From Octopus vulgaris (taxonomy: Eukaryota), in contig OX597823.1 in the NCBI GenBank assembly GCA_951406725.2, positions 38,564,001 to 38,628,000 on the forward strand: DNA of 64,000 bases, given 5' to 3'. Shown here in pieces: positions 60,001-64,000 of this stretch (positions are counted from its first letter, which is position 1; every line of letters begins with the position of its first letter). The notes beneath the pieces are model-generated. The model saw nothing but the letters and a program-made list of their open reading frames with translations, was not told where the DNA came from and made no database searches. The position numbers and the translations under genes are program-made.

Positions 60001-62849
60001 TTAAATAACCTCATAGGTGTGGCTGAATGGTTAAGCAGTTTGTTTTACAACCAAGTGGTTTCAGGTTCTATCTTTCTGTACAGTTTCTGGGGCACATGTC
60101 TTCTACCATATTGTTGGTTTACTGATACTTTTTGAGCGGAATTTGGTGGATGGATAATGTGTGAAGCCTGCAACATGTATGTGCACATGGATATCTTGCC
60201 AATGCAATGTACAGATGTAAACATCAGTATGAAAACTAACAAAAATGGTACTGGTCAAAAGAAGTCCTTTATATTTGTAGTGCACTAAGTAACAGATACT
60301 CCCTTATCACTCGGGAACATCCAAGATATCTATATGACTAAGAAATGGTTAAAATTCATGTTGTAAATGGCAATATTGATGTTGTAATGTTATGTGTTTC
60401 TTGTGTCAAGGCCTTAGTCTTCCTGAACAGTGCATTGATCCTGAATTTTTCCTAAAACTATGTGATGTTTTGGTGCAGCCATTTTATCATCACTGATTCA
60501 ACTTTAACTTATTTGACATCAGACATAGCATTTCCAGTGGAGCACACTGGCTTCATTTCATTTCTTTCAAACCTTCACATATCTTCTGCATTTTCAGAAC
60601 TAGGTTTCACTACCATGTAGCACAGCTGTTTCTATGCAAGCATCATATAGTCTGTCTTTCACTCTGAGGGATAAGCCATTTGTTACAACAAAGTAATAGC
60701 TCTCTGAACTTTGTCTAGACAGCACTTATTCTAATAACAATGCTTTCAGAGCATCCTCCTCCACTTCTAATTTGGTCTCCTAGGTAGCAAAAACTCTAAG
60801 GATCCTTCTGGGTATCTGAAGGTATCTATTTTCTCTGCACCTCTGTCACATGCAAGTGCTACTTTCTCTTCTTAACCTTCTCGCAATTCCACTACATCTC
60901 TTATGTGTCCATACTTTGCACTGGCTACACTGAAGGGATTACTAATTTGTCTGCTTCCCTGCTTACTAGCCTATTTTTCTAAAATGGTAATTAGATTCTA
61001 ATGAACCTGATGATATTACTGTCCAAAGATAGTAGTGATATTACCTCAAAGAACCAGTTGTTTTGTTCATTCATAAATTCTACAATAATATGATTAATGT
61101 TCAATATGTAAAGATATTTACTACATTTACTTTCATAAAGATTTAAATTTAAGACTAAATCTGGGAAAGTAATTAATGTGAACAGAAAGTTTTATTTATT
61201 TTCTTTTACATCTAAAACAATTCCTGTTTCCATTGTACTGTAGGTGTCATTACCGAGTGCCAGTATGGATACCAGCTTGGCCGACTATATTCGAGCTATT
61301 TGTTGTATATTAGACATACCAGTGTATCAGACCAGCCACAACAATGATATGATCCAAGCCCTCCATGTTCTCTTTACTTTGTACAATGAATTCCAGAATT
61401 CTCAAGTGAGTTATTGTTTCTATCAATCTTTAGTCTTTGATGATCCTTGTTTGTTTAGTTCCAGGACATCCCTGATAAAAGGGACTTTTGAATAGTCATT
61501 CCAATCATCATTTTAGGAGTGTCCTTTACTTTTCCAGCATTGTGATTTGAGGGAAATTAGGCTGCTATTTTTAGCAAGTTAATAAAGCCTCTGGTGACTC
61601 CATCATTATCTTTATATTTTGGCATGGCCGTTGCCAGCGCCGCCCCGACAGGCCTCCGTGCTGGTAGTACATAAAAAGCACCATCCGATCGTGGCCGTTG
61701 CCAGCCTGGCCTGGCGCCCGTGCTGGTGGCACGTAAAAAGCACCATCCAATCGTGGCTGTTGCCAGCCTCGCCTGGACCCCGTGCCGGAGGCACGTAAAA
61801 AGCACCATCCAACCGTGGTCGTTTGCCAGCCCCGTCTGGCACCTGTGCCGGTGACACGTAAAAAGCACCCACTACACTCATGGAGTGGTTGGTGTTAGGA
61901 AGGGCATCCAGCCATAGAAACATTGCCAGATCAGACTGGGCTTGGTGCAGCCTTCTGGCTTCCCAGACCCCAGTTGAACCGTCCAACCCATGCTAGCATG
62001 GAAAGCGGACGCTAAATGATGATGATGATGATGTTATGGTACTGTGTGGTTGTTTTATATTAGTGATTAAATCTAACAGTGTACAAGATATTTTTTTTCT
62101 ACATTGCAGTAAGCTGTCATTGGCAATGATAAATAATACACTAGAGATGTCTGTCAGTCACTACTGACCAAATTCTCTGCATCTGTATGTACATGCTTGG
62201 GTAAGGTGTTTTTGTGGAGGACTGACAATGGCTCAGGAATGCATTTTGGTACCTGTTTCACTGCAGGCATTGTTATCAGAAAGTAAAGGGTTAAAGCAGA
62301 CATAACAGTGTACCATATTCAACAGTCTATCAATTACACCCCTTGGATTGGTTGCCTTATATTTTGTTGTTTGACCTCAAGTACAGAGTCAGAACATCAT
62401 GAAGCATTCTATCCAACATTTTAACAGCTTCTATTTGATGCTTTGTAATGCTGTAACCTTTGTAACACACCTAAACAATAAGTAAAGTTAAGAGTTTGAG
62501 ACACACTATTAAAAATAAATCTAATTTATATTGCCATGATGCTTTAAATAGTTGACATCATTAATAACAACTCAAGAGCTAAAGCCTTTAAACTCTGTCA
62601 AATATAGCACTGTGTGGTTGTTTTTATTTTCTAAGTCATCAGTCATTCAAATATCCTTACATAGGTTCATTAATTTTAATTATCAATTAGTTTTGTCATC
62701 TTTTGCATAGGAAATCTGAAAAAATATCTTTTCTTTTATTCTGACAGCATTTTCAGACATTGGCCCAGGAATACAAAATGAAGAAAGAAGCCAATCCCAA
62801 TGAACAGTTAGTCTTGGATGGAGATAATGAAGCTCCAAATGGCAATTAA
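44608..62849 (+). CDS. IFT46: Intraflagellar transport protein 46 (IFT-B core), complete, 11 exons, about 359 aa
   Basis: Exons 44608-44649, 48289-48394, 49073-49146, 49308-49417, 50606-50680, 51744-51837, 55061-55195, 58014-58126, 59322-59388, 61244-61405 and 62748-62849 join in frame (1080 nt). Motifs: NQPYDESLEV, acidic tract, EGAYDPADY, KLKPFIPDFIPSVGDTDAFIK, LDEP..QSDPTVL, LHRSKPP, MPQIDSLMQEWP, ILDIPVY, LHVLFTLYNEF. Confidence 0.95.
45113..45299 (+). mobile_element. Second SINE family (gcggcgagctggcagaatc … tttgcctttcatcctttcggggtcgataaa core)
   Basis: Related copies at about 24800-24966(-), 32890-33030, 40165-40363(-), 48950-49040 and 50850-50980. Confidence 0.75.
45313..45700 (-). 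mobile_element. Tc1/mariner fragment
   Basis: TA+cagggtgggg terminus; minus-strand FWPTSNPDLNPLDYVMWG. Confidence 0.7.
46386..46606. mobile_element. TTAA-type MITE
   Basis: taaccctttagcattcaaa … tctgaacactaaagggttaa. Confidence 0.75.
46791..48009 (+). mobile_element. Non-autonomous Helitron remnant in IFT46 intron 1
   Basis: PFQFRQLQFPVSLSF…NKSQGQ, PCFTHAQLYIA, LYIYAPNGKAKNFV; ends CTAG-T at 48006-48010. The 5' boundary is approximate. Confidence 0.75.
48289..48394 (+). CDS. IFT46: IFT46 exon AQLHQNQPYDESLEVPDADDVPSTYTPTPRSHNPL
   Basis: ttttcag and gtaagt boundaries; NQPYDESLE…YTPTPR resembles IFT46 N-termini. Confidence 0.88.
48795..48943. mobile_element. hAT-like MITE
   Basis: Imperfect TIRs cagtcatggacaacctg … caggttgcctatacctg. 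Confidence 0.55.
49073..49146 (+). CDS. IFT46: IFT46 exon RISNPGIDQSGSPHLLATSTEDAK
   Basis: ctttcag and gtcagt boundaries; phase 1/0 bridges the flanking exons. Confidence 0.78.
49308..49417 (+). CDS. IFT46: IFT46 acidic exon KLLGKSLGRSSNLSDDDDDGSDLSDDDDDDEEVHIEG
   Basis: aacag and gtaagt boundaries; Asp-rich tract before EGAYDP. Confidence 0.9.
50606..50680 (+). CDS. IFT46: IFT46 exon AYDPADYDNLQVSPDIKDLFEYISR
   Basis: aacag and gtaaga boundaries; conserved motif. Confidence 0.95.
51744..51837 (+). CDS. IFT46: IFT46 exon YSYQVIELEHKLKPFIPDFIPSVGDTDAFIK
   Basis: cgtag and gtgagt boundaries; conserved motif. Confidence 0.95.
52876..53953 (+). mobile_element. Young RTE LINE, 5'-truncated
   Basis: Open 154-aa frame ([20 protein letters not shown]…RRLRWYGHVARM…GRGRPRKTW), 3' UTR tandem units, (GAT)n tail. 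Confidence 0.92.
54283..54900 (+). mobile_element. RTE LINE RT fragment
   Basis: GKAPGPSGIT…YKGKGDAL, QFGFVPGRSTTDAIFLVRQLQEK, AFVELEKAF. Confidence 0.88.
55061..55195 (+). CDS. IFT46: IFT46 exon IPRPDMKPDMVGLTVLDEPCAAQSDPTVLDLQLRTISKQTTAKQM
   Basis: ttctag and gtacgt boundaries. Confidence 0.95.
56440..56930 (+). mobile_element. RTE 3' UTR-only copy
   Basis: Four units of about 57 bp, conserved tail and (GAT)n. Confidence 0.85.
58014..58126 (+). CDS. IFT46: IFT46 exon VVKSLEQAEKDPKQIDNWIQNIDKLHRSKPPPNVHYTK
   Basis: ttacag and gtaagt boundaries. Confidence 0.95.
58878..59103. mobile_element. Non-autonomous Helentron/DINE-1-like element
   Basis: Subterminal inverted ctctgcc / ggcagag, 3' hairpin gccttcgctaaggc, acaaacaaac tract; inserted in (TAA)n. 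Confidence 0.55.
59322..59388 (+). CDS. IFT46: IFT46 exon NMPQIDSLMQEWPSELEELLKE
   Basis: ttccag and gtaggt boundaries. Confidence 0.95.
61244..61405 (+). CDS. IFT46: IFT46 exon VSLPSASMDTSLADYIRAICCILDIPVYQTSHNNDMIQALHVLFTLYNEFQNSQ
   Basis: ctgtag and gtgagt boundaries. Confidence 0.95.
61615..62033 (+). mobile_element. RTE 3' UTR-only copy
   Basis: Four units of about 58 bp, tail and (GAT)n. Confidence 0.85.
62748..62849 (+). CDS. IFT46: IFT46 terminal exon HFQTLAQEYKMKKEANPNEQLVLDGDNEAPNGN*
   Basis: ctgacag acceptor; NSQ|HF junction as in known IFT46; TAA stop. Confidence 0.9.
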   Translation, partial: HFQTLAQEYKMKKEANPNEQLVLDGDNEAPNGN

Positions 62850-63748
62850 TCACCAAAGAAAGACATGTAATAGATTTATTATTTTGCAATATTCAAGGAT
62901 GTTAAATAGTAAACCAGATTTTTATCAACATTACAGGGGCCCTACTACTAAAGATAAGAAACCGGAGGAGAGTTTGATAAAGTTTAATGATGACTGGCTA
63001 CTGAAGTTGACCACAAACTGCTACAAATTTATTGATGTAGATTATCACTAGTTTCTTTACATGGTATCCTTATAAGCAACAGTTTACTCTCATCAACAAC
63101 AATTTCACTTAATCACCTTAAGTTTTCTCACAAGTTAAGAAGCCCCCAACTACCTTCCTGCCATTTACATAAAACTGTTTTGTTTTTACTTCCTTCCATT
63201 TCTCTCTCAATAATTTAGATCAGTTCTGCAAGCAAGAATGAAACACTTTGCTTTCCTCTCAACTTATTTTCTAATTAGAAGCCTTTCTAAGCCACACTTT
63301 CATCTCAACCCTACATAAGTTCTCATTTCACTACATTTATAGAAATGAATCCATCCATTTGTATTTTTTTAACATTATTATTTCAGTTGACTTTCCATCT
63401 GATCCAACCTCACTGATATTTATGAAATAAATTATTCTAGAACTTCCTGGAACCCAAGTATATTTCTTTTTCTCTGTCAGATAATAATTTTAAACAATGG
63501 GTTAACAACTATAGTAAAACAGATAAATACTAATTCAGTTACAACTGATGAGTTCTTATTTTAATAACATTTCTTAAGATTTGTCATTTGTTTAAGTGAA
63601 ACATCACTTTTATTGGGGTTTCTTTGTTGATGGAAAATAACTCACAAAAGATTCACATAACACACCAGCTTTGATTCAGTATTTATTCGACGTCTACAGA
63701 ATTTGCCAACAATTATAACTTTGAAATCTTTAAAATTTAGATTAATTA

Positions 63749-63869
63749 TCATAATCCAAAGTAGTAGCGTAGAGGTGGTCCAGGAATGTCTTCATCTTCC
63801 TCTGATTCCAGAGACACAATTAGGTCGACATACGTTTGCTGTGCTAATGGTTTGATTAGTTTTATCATG
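63749..63869 (-). CDS. UBA6: Ubiquitin-like modifier-activating enzyme 6 (E1), last coding exon: MIKLIKPLAQQTYVDLIVSLESEEDEDIPGPPLRYYFGL*
   Basis: Minus-strand acceptor ttttctcatctctttaatttcag. The peptide matches the recalled UBA6 C-terminus (M.KLVKP…YVDL.VS…DEDLPGPPVRYYF). The rest of the gene lies beyond the window. Confidence 0.85.
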
Positions 63870-64000
63870 CTGAAATTAAAGAGATGAGAAAACCTTTAGT
63901 TAAACTTGGTATTAAAAATAGTTTTGATAAAAGTACAGCTCTCCCTTTTCAAGTACAAGTTAAAATAATCTGAAAGCAAATTAAAATAGAAGTAAATTAA

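Noticed and set aside
61615-61870. CRISPR-like array of hairpin repeats (also at 6240-6510, 53590-53780, 56520-56755)
   Set aside because: The whole 57-bp unit repeats with no unique spacers, there are no cas genes, and the array belongs to a eukaryotic RTE LINE 3' UTR.

Overview
AT-rich eukaryotic genomic DNA, dense in microsatellites and transposons. The repeat families (tRNA-derived SINEs, RTE LINE tails ending in (GAT)n, Dong/R4, Penelope-like, Helitron, mariner, piggyBac, Chapaev-like) suggest a coleoid cephalopod, probably Octopus; this is an inference. I reconstructed three intron-containing genes by hand from splice sites and reading frame. (1) The last 13 coding exons of an ORP3/6/7-type oxysterol-binding protein gene (+, 5091-31164), with a variant FFAT motif, a complete ORD domain and one intron that needs a GC donor. 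(2) A complete 11-exon IFT46 gene (+, 44608-62849, about 359 aa). (3) The last coding exon of a UBA6-type E1 enzyme (-, 63749-63869), convergent with IFT46 and missing from the ORF track. The most notable non-coding signals are: an intact-looking minimal type I hammerhead ribozyme (-, about 14977-15058) plus a decayed one (+, about 3864-3960); a solo-LTR-like element with seven perfect in-phase heat-shock pentamers about 38 bp upstream of a TATA box pointing antisense into the ORP gene; a LINE remnant with an open triple C2H2 zinc-finger frame; and a near-perfect RFX X-box separated from the ciliary IFT46 gene by transposon insertions. Most ORFs in the supplied track are microsatellite or transposon artefacts. 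Family assignments rest on recalled motifs, not database searches.
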